64,000 nucleotides of DNA from Yuukianura sp. NJ FZ-2021 (lineage: Eukaryota): assembly GCA_046563655.1 (NCBI GenBank), contig CM102283.1, forward strand, positions 9,672,001-9,736,000, read 5' to 3'. A program made the position numbers and the translations under genes. This document shows, one piece after another, positions 28,360-41,547 of the stretch. Position 1 is the stretch's first letter, and each line of letters starts with the position of its first letter. The notes beneath the pieces are model-generated. The model saw nothing but the letters and a program-made list of their open reading frames with translations. It made no database searches and was not told the DNA's origin.

Positions 28360-28992
28360 GGTCCCACCACCCAACGGCCCCATCCACGAACCCACCATAT
28401 TTTGACTGATGTCTCAGCATGCCCCATACTTCTAAGTCTACACAAGCACGAATAACAAACCAGCAAATACTACCCTCATGTTCATAATTTTAAAAACTAC
28501 AGCTCTCTCTCCTCACCGCTTCACAACACTTGAATCCTGGTAAGCATGTTTTAATTTAATCTCAACTTTTTATTCCAATTTCACAGTGTCTACTTTACAA
28601 AGTCAAATACGAAAAGTATATTCAAGGGTTCTTCAAAGTGTACAGAATTCTTCATTCTGAGTGGAAGGAATTCCATTTTTTTCTAAGAAACAATCCATGT
28701 TTTCTTAGAACTGAAAGTAAATTACCGGATAAATCCATATTTCTGTGTTCCTCCAAGGGTTCTCATTAGGGTTGCTAAAAAAAATCATTTTTCTTCTAAA
28801 TTTTGAGCGAAATTTTGTAAGAGGTCGTGATTTGTTGGGTTGGATTAGTGCTCAGAGGTGAAAAAATAGTGGAAAGCCAAGTTACTTAAAAATAAGACAA
28901 CTCAAAATGGGTTGAAGTTAAAAAATTCAAAACGATTTAAAAGATGAAAGCCCGAAACCAAGCGTTGGACCAAAAGATGTGAGCGCATGCGT

Positions 28993-29727
28993 CTAGAGGC
29001 CTCTACTGTATGCTTCCTGTGTCTAAAAATGCACTAATTTTGAAACATTGAACCAACACCCGAGATGGTATGCAAGCGAAACAGAATGTTTTACAAATCG
29101 GCATCTGCGCAACTCCATTCTAAAATAAAAAAATATACTTACAATTGCAGCCATTTTTCCGACCGTCACAAAGCGCTGGAGGTTGTGTGACAAGTCTTCG
29201 TAATCTACAAAAAAAAATTGAAAATTGATCAAAATAAACAAAATAAAAAATACATAAACAAATATATAACATAATAAATACATAAATAAATAACAAAAGT
29301 AATACACAAATTGTAATTTTTTGTTCAATCTAAACAAAGTTGTACCTTCGATTTCAAATGACAGTTGATATTGAAATTGCTCGATTGTGAAACCATTCAC
29401 TCCTGACACCTCCATTGAACCACCCAAGTGCAACACATGAAATCCGTTAGCAGGGTAACTTCTGAGGGTTGTACTGTTGGCAAATCCCAATGCAAAAGTT
29501 CCTTTGACTTGTAACTGACGCCCTGACAATTCAAGTGACAGATTAATATAATGTAAAAAATGAAATACTTTATTCCACTATTTAAGACGACTTTTACCTT
29601 TGTAAATTTTGTATGTGATTGTGGCCCCTACTGTTAACTCCAATTTCCAAATTCCTGCGGCTGCCGTTCCCGGATTGTTCGTCAGGTCGATGAAACCAAG
29701 TACGCTATAACTGTGCGACGCGACCAT
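28993..29727 (-). CDS. Uncharacterised RGL-family protein, copy A, 132 aa; complement(join(28993..29022,29143..29204,29346..29522,29598..29727))
   Basis: Exons are 130/177/62/30 nt with GT-AG introns in phases 1,1,0. Product MVASHSYSVLGFIDLTNNPG...YKIYKGRQLQVKGTF...DYEDLSHNLQRFVTVGKMAAITQEAYSRGL*. The structure is confirmed by three paralogues in the window. Confidence 0.8.
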
Positions 29728-29831
29728 GTTTCCAATTATTTTTGAAACCAAGCAAAACAGACAAACAATTGAACCTCTTAAAAACAAAAACGAGAAGAAA
29801 TGGTATGGTTAATAAGGTGGACGGTGTGGTG

Positions 29832-30041
29832 AAGCATGCCTTACTTTTAAAATTTGCGCATGCGTGGACTTGTGTAAATTCGTCGCCTCGGTGTGTCATT
29901 GAATTCACCGAATGACCTTGACTGACCTCCACCAGGTAAATTAGAGCAAGATGTAACTATTTCCCTATTTATTGACTTTCAATCATTCCATACTTCATCA
30001 TGCAATCTTACAACGCATCTCATCTCAGCATTTCATTCAAT
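29832..30041 (-). promoter_or_regulatory. Conserved upstream block of RGL copy A (GCGCATGCG palindrome plus DR4)
   Basis: Aligns by eye to 42438..42645 and to 46609..47005. TGCGCATGCGT is at 29855 and TGACCT-tgac-TGACCT at 29913-29928. Confidence 0.6.
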
Positions 30042-30369
30042 TTGAAATTGATATCATACATAGTTTTCAAAAATAACAATTCCGCTTAGGGCTAAAAGGT
30101 GTACAAGTTGAGTCCTCTTGAATTTGCCTTCAAAGCTGAAAAAGAATAGTGGGAAAATCAAATGAGACTTAAAATGGAGTGAAATTAAAAATTTTTATTT
30201 GAAATAATAAAAAACAAAACACCTGCCAATGGCAGGTTGAGGTATTCAAAGAGTATAGTAATAAGTAGAGTATGAAAATTTCATTAATTATGTATGAAAT
30301 TAAAATATTCAAAATTGTTTAAAAGTTGAAAGTCCGACACCAAGCGATAAAGGAGGTGAGCGCAAGCGT

Positions 30370-31050
30370 CTAGAGGCCTCTACCGTACGATTCCTGTATC
30401 TAAAAACGCACTAATTTTCAAACATTGAACCAACATCAGAGAATGAATGCAAGCGAAACACAACGTTTTAATAATTTGGATTTTCGAAAAAATTGTAAAA
30501 TAAAAAAAAATACCACCGCCGCCATTATGCCAAGGTCGAAATAGTACTGCAACATGTACAATAGAGTTTCATACTCTAGAAAACAAAAGTTACACAAAAT
30601 GATAGAATATATAAAGAGACAATAAAAAATATAAAACAAAATTCTTAATTTTTTCTCTAAACCAAGTTGTACCTTCGTGTTTCAAGGTGACCCGATAGAC
30701 ATTTTGCTCTATTCGGAATCCATTTTTTCCCAACACCTCCATAAATCCCGAGAATTCCAGAAACTGAACGTTTTTACCATCGTACCTCCGAAGGATAGTA
30801 CTGTTGGGGAATCCTGCTGCAAAATTTCCTCTGATTTTTACATAACGTCCTGCCAATTCAAGTGATGCATTAATATACTGCAATAAAATGAAAAATATAG
30901 TCCGCTAAATAACTCAGTTAGTCACTTACCTTTGTAAATTTTATACTCGATTGTGTTCCCATGTTCCAAACCCAACTCCCAACCACGACCTGAACAATTA
31001 TTCCGGTTATTGGTGACATCTATAAAGCCGAGGATGCTGAAACTGACCAT
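30370..31050 (-). CDS. Uncharacterised RGL-family protein, copy B, 129 aa; complement(join(30370..30399,30514..30575,30673..30849,30930..31050))
   Basis: Exons are 121/177/62/30 nt with the same phases as copy A. Product MVSFSILGFIDVTNNRNNCSGRGWELGLEHGNTIEYKIYKGRYVKIRGNFAAGFPNSTILRRY...EYETLLYMLQYYFDLGIMAAVIQESYGRGL*. Confidence 0.8.
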
Positions 31051-34000
31051 TGCTTACGCTCGTTTCTAGATTTCAAAAATTGTATTTTTTAAAAGTTCAA
31101 TTGGATTTTCTTTTTAAAATAAACTTTTTCGCGTCTCATGATTTGTCAAGCATTCCCTCACGTGACCAGTGTGCGTCCCTTGACCTCGTGACCCTTGGGC
31201 GATTTCCTTTCGGGTTTTGTTATTTCCAAATCTCTTGCATCCCTCTACATGGCTTCTCTTCTTCGGTCCATAAACCACCCCTTAAGTACCCTCACCCCTT
31301 AGCCGTCACACTGAGCATCAGGACACTTTGAAGTTCTAAAAAAACCTGAAAGTCATTGTCATCCTCACTGTCATTTCCGTCGTCCGAGGTTGAGGTTGTT
31401 CCAAATTTAGTTTTCATGAAGGTCACATCATTTCTTGGAATCGTCGGATTCTGACCCCCCTCTGACCACTTCCCTCTTTTGAACAAGACTCAAATTTATG
31501 GTTATTGTTGAGCAGAGGGGGAAACAAAGTCACTGCCTTTGTCATGTCGTGTCAAGGGGTCCTCCTGCTGAGTACTCAAAGGGCTCACAGTTTCCAAAAT
31601 TTCTGCTCAAGCGGCGGATTTTCAAAATGGGAGATTGAATTTTGAAAGTCTCGTGGAGAATTTGAAATTCGTTTACCTTTTCCTTAACTGAATTAATGAC
31701 TCATTGTTTTGGACAGGTTGACAGGAAAAGAAAGTTTATGAGGATCAAAATCCTGGAGATGAATTTTTTCAAAATTTTTTGTTCAAATTCAAGTCACGGA
31801 GTTGTTTTTTAAAAATTTATTTTTAATTTGATAAATTGGCTCATGCAGAGAGCTGACCCGTTAAATTAAATTGTAAAAGAAAAAACGAGAGATCGGCTGG
31901 AAATCCTGCCAAGAGTTTCTTCATTCCTGACCTCCCATTGCCTTTTTTTAAAGGAGTTCCTTAATTGAATTAATTTTCAAATTTATGAACTCACCCCGAC
32001 TCAAAATTTTGAAAAAAAAAGTTCATGAGGTAACTCTAAAGTTCATGGGGTACAAAAAAAAAATCATGAACTCTGAAAATTTTTGAACTTTTATCTCCAA
32101 TTACATTTCCGCTAAAAAACAAAAACTTTTTTTTGAAAATGTTAGATTTAACTCTTTCCCGCGAAAACCTTAACATATTCGGAAGTGAAGTTGTTAATTG
32201 GCTGTGAAGATTCGTGTTAACATTTAATTCAGCGCATGAGCATTGCGCATGAGTGCAACGAACATGAAAATCAGCGTTTCCTGCCCGGATGCTTGGCGGC
32301 GATTTTTTTAAATCACTTAATTCTTCCTTCCCGTGACTTGTTTTTGTCTTTTCAAAAATCTACATGACTTTAATTATTTCACCACTGGAAAAGTTAACCT
32401 AACGTGAAACCTAACTAACCTAATCTAAAACTAAAGTTCTCAGGGTTGTTAAGTGGTCTGGTTAGTTTCACACCTTTGGAAACAGTTGATGCATCATCTG
32501 CCAAATTGTCCATGGGCTAAACTAATTAAATTAAATTATTCAAAAACGAACAAAAAAGAATGTTGTTCTTCAAAAAAAAAAGTGATCACAGTCTGATTTG
32601 AATGTAAAATTTATTATGCTGGTTTCCTAGTTACAAATGAATTAAAACAGGATGCAATTTATATCAAATGAGACACGTCTCTGTCCTAATCTGAATTGAT
32701 ACACAAAGGTTCCGGCCAGGAAGAAGCTAATTCTGTTCAGAATACTAATTTACACACAAAACTTTTTAAAAACTCTTTTTTTTAAAGTGAGAGAAAATTT
32801 CGATCGATAAGATTTTGTTTCTAATATCGTGTTTTTTCTTCTTTTCAGAAATTGAAGCCAAACTGAATTTCAACCAATTGCGACGCCACTGAAAAATTCA
32901 TCACAAGAATTTGAATATTTCAGATCCAGTTTCTATTTTTGAAATTTTGAAATGTGAAAGTTCAAACTTGCTGACCTCTTGGAGAAAGACACTTTTGAAC
33001 AACATGCAAACCACGACCTTCACCGACCACCGTCTACCACACCTCTAATCAACTCCACCGAAAAAAAGCTTTCAAATTTTTGAAATTTGAAGTTGTAAAA
33101 TTTTGAAATTTTCAAAAATTACCGTCATTTGTGTCTCCTTTGTGGTAACTTTTTAAGAACGAGTTGAGTTTTGTTTAAACAGGATGCATTGCCCCTCGTG
33201 CCCCCCATGAGTGCCTCAGATTAAACTGCAAAACAAACAGAGACCCCCTGCCGACCCCCATTTCATTTCAAATCTAATTTCCCAATTGCCAAATTAATTT
33301 TTAGTTGGCGTTTAAAACAGGAAACAGAGATGACATGAGGTCAACGAGGCATTGTTCCTCCTTTTAATTGTATTCCAGGCAGGTACTATAACTATCCTCT
33401 CTTTTATAGTCTCTCATAGTCTCCCTGTGTTATAGACTATAACTTATAGTCCCTATGTTATTATGTTCTTTTGGGTGTGTGCAGATGAGGGTCATTACTA
33501 AACACAAAAGTAATTGAATTTTTCACCTTGTTTACCAAAACTGAGGTCTGGTCGTTGTGTGTGCAGAAATTAATTGAAATCTCCCTTTGTTAAGTACATT
33601 TTCAACTCCATGAATTATTGACAGGCTCATGCGCAGAAGCAGAATAAAAAACTGGATTCAGGGGAATAGACAGGACAGTTTGCATTTTGTACAAAAATTA
33701 ATTCCTTGTTTAAGTTTTATTTATTTTATGATTAAAAAAAGACAAAACGCACTAAAAACACGAGCCTTTGCACATTAAATGTAAAACGAGTCGCAAGGAG
33801 GTCGAAATAAAATTTTGTTTTAAAAGTTGTTTTAAACTTTAAAAAACGAACAGTGGCTGAAGAAAGCAGTAGAAAGGAAAGGAAAGTTGCATTTAAACAG
33901 GAAAGGCCTCATTACACGAAAAATAAATGTTCCTATTATAATATGTTAAAATTTAATTAAATTTTTATTTCATTTCTATTAGTTATTATATTATATTAAT

Positions 34001-37000
34001 TATTATAATATATAATTTGAGTAGTGGTTTGTTTCTACTTAAGTTAATGTTAAAACATTTTATTCTCAATATTATTTTTGTGAAAGTGAATTCCCCTGCA
34101 AACGCAATGCAACTTTTGTCGAAACCCTAAGAGAAAGTTTGCGACTTTGCTCACCCCCCTGCAATTGTAACCTTCCCCCCATCTCCTAGACCCCCCCCCT
34201 TCGGAGAACAATAGAGAGAAGCCACAAAGGACTCGACCACATTGTTATTGTTTTGTATCTAAGGCATCAATGTAAGCAATCACTAATTAGTCCCACTGTA
34301 TCTAATTAATAAACGACCACAGGAGGGCAGACTTATAACTTACCAACCATTACATTATATAACACACAAAACTCAATAAAAACAAGTTTCAAAAACAACT
34401 TTTCAAAATTTTAGAATTTTAGAGTCTCAAAACTAACTTATGGCTTCATACCTATAGAATTTTACAATTGGCAACAATAATTGGACAATTTCGCCACTTC
34501 CGTTCCAGGAAAGTTTTCACTTGGTGTTTTTTATTTTTCTTTGCGGTTAGCACGAGTTAGTCAATTACCGAATCCATTGAATCTCTGCGGTTTTCACTCG
34601 AATTCGGTTTTTGGCGCGCAGAATATTGGCGGTTTGAAATGAATGGCATTTGAATTGAACTGAAAATGAAAAAAACTGGTGGCTTTTTCATTTCATTTTG
34701 TCAAAATCCAATTTTTTATCAAATTAGGATGTGTCAAAAAGTTGTAAATTTTGCACTGACAAAAAGACAATTAAGATGAACTGATATCAGCTCAAGAAAA
34801 AGCTAAAACACAGTGACCATCCAGTGGGAAAAAAAACTAAAAACTAAAAAACTTTTTTTTTGAAAAGTTCAATAATTGAATTTTGAAAAAAAAGATTGGT
34901 TTGAAGTGGAATTGAATTGGAGAAAGAGGGATGACTACGGCTTTCTGGCCTGAATGTTTGATCACTAAAAATTGATTTATGACTCTGATCTGTTTTTGGA
35001 AATAAAAAAAAAGTAAGGTGAAAGTGTCCGAACAAGTTTTTAGTTGGAAGGCCCCACCCTGGACCCACCAGGCCCCACCGCTCCTGCTGGAGGATGAGTT
35101 GGAGTCCAATCCAATTTGAGTGGGAATTAAGTTTATTAAGCGTGTCATAATATAATATTTTATTAACAAAAGTAATTTCGCTAAAACTCTCCAAGTCTTT
35201 TATAATGGAGGGAGTAACTATGTAATGAAAAAAGTTCCTGTCCTTCTCTAGTCTATGTTCACAATGTTAGAGTGAAAGCAAAAGTTATCTGGGGAAGTGG
35301 GATGATGTCAAGTGAAAGCTTCTCTTGCCAGTTAGGTTATCCTAACACAGCCTAACGTTAGCCTAACATAGCCTAACTTTAACCTAACTTAGTCTTTTAA
35401 GTAGATTGCACTTACTCCTTCACTCACATTAACTTAATAAAGAACGCATTACTCTAATAGCCACCACAAAAACCCACTCCCCACCCAATTCAAAAACAAA
35501 ATCAACCAAATGGAAATTATCAATTTACAAAACTTTCACCAAAATTTGTTTCGCACAAAAACAAAATTTCAAAACTAAAACTTTATAATATCTTTGTTCA
35601 AAAATCATTTTTTTTTCAAAGTGAAATGAAAGGAAGAGAAAGCACAAACTTTCTCCAGTGCAAGCGTTATCGAAGTCTCTTCTAGAAGGGAACAAAGACA
35701 TTAATTTCCCTTAAGTCCCCAGAATGGCAGTTCCCCTTTGTATATTACGTAATTGAAGAACAATTACCTTAATTGTGGCCCATTTTAATTACATTAAAAC
35801 TCTTCCCAGAATTAGATTACCCCCCCCCCCTTCCTTCTCTCAGACCCGCCCCCCCCTCCACCATGACCCACCATCAACCTAATTGGACTCTCAGTGGGAA
35901 TCACTCCGACTTTCTCTTCTAAAAAGTTAACCTTTCCAGTTTTAGGCTTGGGTGAAGTTGAACTTTTGAAGTTGGGATTTGGGGGGACTTGAGGGGGGCC
36001 CTTGGATTGAGAGGAAGAGCCCTTCTAGTTCTAAATTAATTAGGTTCGTTAGCTCAGTGGAGAATTGTACTAGGAAAAGAGACTCCTTCAATAATACCCT
36101 CTTGAGTCCTCCTGTCTCTAATTAAGTTCCAACCCCCCCCCCCTTAGCGGGTAACTTCTGCGCATTCCCCCCCCCCCTTCAGTAGAAGGGGTGGGACTTC
36201 CCGCTTTTTCCATAATGACCTCCCCGAACTCTAATGATCCGAAATTCGCGAGTTTCTGGCTCACAAGCCTTTTGGCAACGAATTCGGACTTGACAAAATT
36301 CTCCACAACACATTCTAATTACCTCCGCTCTAAAGTTTTCAGCTATCCTGGCAGTAGTTTGCTAGATGAGCCAGACCCCCCCCCCCTCCAGAGAGGGGGG
36401 GGGCTTCAGAAGGGGGGGGTCGGGAAATGGCATAATTACTCTCCTGCCATTTCCACTCTGGAGAGAGAACAAACCCAAAAAACCGAATGCGGGTAAAAGT
36501 TGTAATTAATCCGTTGTCCTCGTTGTCGTAGATTTAGTGAGCCCCTGACTTCAAGTGAGGTTGGTTAGGCTAGTCTCTGGCTAGGTTTTGCCTCAAGTTA
36601 GGTTGGTTTTGGCCCCAAAAGTTAGGTTTTGTAGATTGAAAAAGGTATAGAGTGAGAGTAGTTTTTGGAATTTCAATAGAAAGTTGTAAGTTTTGGAGAG
36701 TTGGGAGCTGGATTTGGAGGAAGAGGGGAAGAATAGGAGGCAATTCCAATTAAAAAGTCTCCAATTAACTTAATTCTTCAAATAATGAGTGGTCCAATTA
36801 AGCTTAATTGCTCCAACCCACCACCAACAGCTTCATTTTCAAAAAGAGAGAGGCAGATGGGAACCAGAGATTTCATCCATTCAATTCTCAGAACACAAAA
36901 TCTCTGGAATTCTCAGAACTCTTTAATCCTTGAGGAAACTAACCAAAAACCAACACAGATTTAAAAAACAGAAGCATTTTTGAGAAAATTTAAAAAAAGA

Positions 37001-40000
37001 GTTCCTATTGCCAATTTCATAAAAGAAAAAAATTGGCGCCGGGATGGGTTCTCCGGAAATCAAAAATTAAGGCCAAAATCAGTTAGCGAAATCCAACACT
37101 TTCGAAAAACTCATTAAGCAAAAACATACACCAGAAAATGAGTTAATTAAAATGTAATTTAAAATGTAATTAATGTAAAAAGTACATTATTAAGTATTAA
37201 AAAAAGTGTGAAGTTGCAAATTTCCTGTCGAAGAGCGAGAGAAGGTCAATGGCAGTAACTTTAACAAAAAAATTTTTGTTGTATTTTTTTTTATCATTTG
37301 AGAGTAGAAAGTTTCTTTTGTGCGGAGAAAGTGGGAAGGGGAAGAGAAAGCCAATTAGAGTTTGAATCTGGCTGTGTAAATTAGTTGGAAGTTGGTTGAA
37401 TGATGGACTAACTAACGATCTATTCCAAGTTGTCCGCCTAACCGCCTAACCACCTCACCACCTCACCACCTCACCACCTCAGCATCACTTCCGTTCGTTA
37501 ACAAAAACCACACACTTCCACCGAAAAACGAACATTTTTTTCCGTTTCGTTTAAAACGTTTCATTTTGAGTTTGAATTTTTAGTGCAGTTTTAGATGAAG
37601 AATTTTTGGATTGAAATAGGCGGTATTGATTAGCGGGTGAATCGATACGCGGGAGCTGTAATTTGAAAATAATTACACCTCCAATGCAAATTCAAAATCC
37701 ATATCGGATTTTGCAAAATTACACCGAAAAGGCGGGCCGAAGTTAAAACACTTTGGGTTTAGTAAAAAGTTCGAAATTTTTTTAAACGTGCTGTTCAAAC
37801 AAATTTTAATTGCCAATGGACAGTTTTCAGAAAACAATTTTTAAAAAGTCCAATTTTACTGGAAAACATGATACTAGTTAAGGCTGCCGTTCCTAGCAAC
37901 ATTCTTCTAGTAAAAAATTGAAACCCCAAGTGTCCAGCAGAAAATTTTGAAAAAAGGAATGAAAAAAGTTGGTGCACAAAAGTTTCGAAAACATTTGTGG
38001 AATTGGCCAAATACATAATGGAACATGAGAAAGTAATTCGAAAATCATAACTTCAAAAATATCCGTGCGTTCGAAAATTTTTGGTTGAATCACGGCCCCT
38101 CTCGCTTTGTTGTACCCCCTCCACTATTTCAGTTTGATTTACAACAAAAACTGAATTCAAAAAACTTTTTTTTTTGAATTTTTTTTTTGAGGAACTACGG
38201 TAACTTTTGACATGACGTGACACTTGGAACCCTCCGAACAACCAAAACACAAGCAGCTGCCCATTATCAAAATGGAATTTAATAGTAACCGAGAGAATCT
38301 GGAGAAACAGAGGGCCCCCTCCCTCCTCCACCTCCCCTCCTGCTTTCTTTTGAATAGAAATTAAATGATTATCTCACCCTGTAACTTCCTGATTACAAAG
38401 TCCCCTCATAATTAATCTCCCCTTACAACCACAATAAATGATCTCCTTCCGCTTTCCCGCTCTTTTTTAAATAATTAAAGTTAACTTTAAATTAACAATT
38501 AAACTTTAAATTACTTTTGTTATGATTGAAAAGTGTAATTAAAGTGGAGGTCACATAAAGGCTAATGGGAGTTTGTTAATTAAATGGAAACTTCAAACCT
38601 CCATCTCCTCTCCGATTAATTTTCCAAAGTACTTCTCCATTTCCACAAAGAAGTTTTTTCTTGAAAAAGTTTTTTTAATTTTGAAAAAAGTCCATTAACC
38701 TTACCACCTCCAATTGTTTAATTTAGAAAAGTACAACTGGGCTTGTTGTGCCTTGTTTCAACCGGAATAATTTAAATGAACTAAGCACTTCAACCCATTT
38801 ACTTAATCAAAATGAATGTCAACTAATGGTACGACAACAAAAAGGGCGGCGACTTCCATCCATAATGAAAACTAAGAAATTAGTTTTCTCCTTTCCACAA
38901 AAAAAATAGTTACTCCCTCCATTCTTCTATTTTTAAACCAACGCCACCTACTGTTTGTCCTCACACAATTTAATTACAAAACTAACATATTCAAATTTTT
39001 TTGTGATACAGATTTTTTCTTTACTTTTTTTGAAAAAGTGGCGGCAGATTTAAATTTGGAGCTTATCTGCCTAGTTTTGTGGTAAAGTTAAGCTGTTGGG
39101 TGAAAGTGTAAGTTCGTTTGCGGAATGCCAAAGAGAAAGTTAGCAGCGGCGGGAGTAACTAATCCTCGGAATCCCTGACTGGAGCATGCTTTCTTCGAAG
39201 CCATTTTGAAAAAAGTTTTTAAGTTAATAATGGATCTGATTGGATTGGTTTTGGTCTGTTCCAGAAGAAGAGACTGAGGAGGTGATGATCCCATTAGTTA
39301 TTGCTTGTTTCACACTCTTTACTGAGGAAACAGACTGAGGAAATAGAGGAAACAGGAGAAACAGAATGTCTATAAATTACGTCTTATTTAGCCCATTTTA
39401 AGTTCATTCCTTGGATTGGGAAGTTAGCCAAACCGGAACGATTGAAAAGAAAAGTCATTAGAGTAAGAGGAAAGAGGAGGGGAGACAGTTTTCTCTCTCC
39501 GATTAGTCTAGGATTAGTCAACCCCTTTAGAAAAGACTGCGTTTCCAGTTTCAATCTCTCTTTTGTCTTGTCTATGGCACACTAAATCTCAGAATCGAAG
39601 GAAACAAAAACAGACTAATAACTCAATCAGGTCGGTCCATTCCATGTTCCACTTTTAACTGTCTTGTAATCGTCTTTCCTCTACCTCAACCTGACTTTCA
39701 AACTAACCTAACTAGGCAGTTGGCAGTTGGACAACTCCCGCCTTTTTGGAGTTGGTTGAAGTAAGGCCGAAGTGAAGCTTGTACCCATGTGTGTCTTTTG
39801 TCCTTTCTTTTGTGTCTTTAACAAGGCTGACTTTTAGTAATCATTAGACCTCTGGAAATCCGATCTGATAAAGTCTCCAGGTTACTCCAAAATTTCAACA
39901 AAAAATGGAAACTGTCAATTTGTCACTTTTCAAATCTTGTTAAAGTTGAACTTCATCAAAAAATTCCTTTTATGCAATTTCAAAAAAGTGGTAACTTGAA

Positions 40001-41547
40001 AATTTACTTTAGTTTTGTAAAAGTTCAACTTTGACGAAAACTAAAGTTTGTTTATTTTGCATTTCCGTTTGAACAAAGCGCACAGTAATTGTCTAAAATT
40101 GTTTTTGGCTCAATTACGTTAAATAAATTATTATTTTGAAGTTCAGTGGGGTTTAGAGTGGGAACATTTTGCATGAATTGGCCAGCACAGCAATTATGGT
40201 GGTCGAAAAAGTTATTTTGGAAGCAATTTTGTACAAAATTTGAATAGAACCGCCACAACTAATTATAGAAATTAAGCCAAAATAGTTGTATTATTGAACC
40301 GTCAACACACAAAAGAAGGATTACAATAGCCTCAAACTTTTCGCAGAAAATTACTATCTTTCCACTTTTCCCAAATTTTCAGAATTCTAAAAAAAAACTA
40401 CTCGAATTTCCGTTGCCATTTTACAACACTTTCTTACCATGAATTTTTTCGAACTTTGATCCCTTCCAAAAAATTTCGGCATGCTTGCCTGTCAGAGTTC
40501 AAAATTTGATGAACAGCCAAATACAATACTGTCACAATTTTTCAAAAAGTTTGGAAATTTTGAGCGTCCCAAATGCCAAAAACTGTTTCTCATGTGTCAT
40601 GTTACTCAAAATATGTAAGAAAGTCATACATTATGAACAGGCATAGAGAAATTTCTCTTTTTCAAAAACTGATATTTTTTGAACAATGGACAACCTTTCG
40701 TTTTTTTTTTCTGGATTTGAACAGACATGAATACTTAATACTTGCTTCTTTTGAGTATTGGACACTTCCAGAAAGTACTTTTACCCACCTAATAATGTCA
40801 TGTCAAAACTTTCAAACTTTCCCGCCAAAAACTTTCACCTTTTCCTTGTCCATGTTACAAAATGCACCCCCTGCTACTTTTCAAAACAAAAACTTCAAAA
40901 ACAGATTTTCCAGACACGTTTCACTAAATTTTTCAACCAAAATATCCTTGTACTTGACGCACTGTCTTTTTTTGAAAAGTTCAAAGAGAAGTTCCTTTTT
41001 TGAGAAATAATGGGTCAAGTTGCAATTTCTTTTATCGTGGATTGACATGACACTTTTTGGTCACCTTTTGAAGGGAAAAGCTTCGTGTCACTGGATCGTA
41101 ACGTATTTTTGTGTTGAACATTTTGGCAAAAAGTCATAACAAACCAAAAAGTTATTAGGACCAATAAATTCACACAAGTGGAGCGTGATACAAAACGAAT
41201 TTTTTTTTGGAAAACCGAAAACAACGAAAGGAAAACTGACGACAAACGTTTCACAGAAAAATCAAATGAATCAATTTAATGCTTATAGCAAATGATAGCA
41301 AATTATTTTACGGATCGAATGAATTTAAGTAAATGAATAAAGTGTCTCTTCCCTGTGAGTTCGTCATTGCTAAAACAAAAGTGAAGTAATTTTTTTTAAA
41401 TGTTTTTTGGTTGAAAACACATCATTAAAATAAAAGTGTATAAATTAAAGCAGTAGACAAGTGAGCGATAAAAGTGAACAAGCGAACCAAACAATTTCGT
41501 GTACTTTACCAAAACCCATATAAAAGGCAATCCATACGCATGCGCCT

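Noticed and set aside
29205-29345. Apparent transmembrane segment (LQFVYYFCYLFMYLLCYIFVYVFFILFIL) in ORF 29023..29529, and a similar one at 30576-30672
   Set aside because: It is translated T-rich intron 2. GT-AG sites at equivalent positions in all four paralogues remove it.
29523-29597. In-frame TAG at 29578-29580 between two ORFs, suggesting readthrough or a pseudogene
   Set aside because: The stop lies inside a 75-nt intron whose donor and acceptor are conserved in the paralogues.
31130-31490. Coding-looking minus-strand stretch (RGKWSE..., DDGNDSEDDND, LWTEEE) reminiscent of an HTH/transposase fragment
   Set aside because: The frames are short and broken, and I could not build a consistent splice model or domain. 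A BLASTx would settle it.
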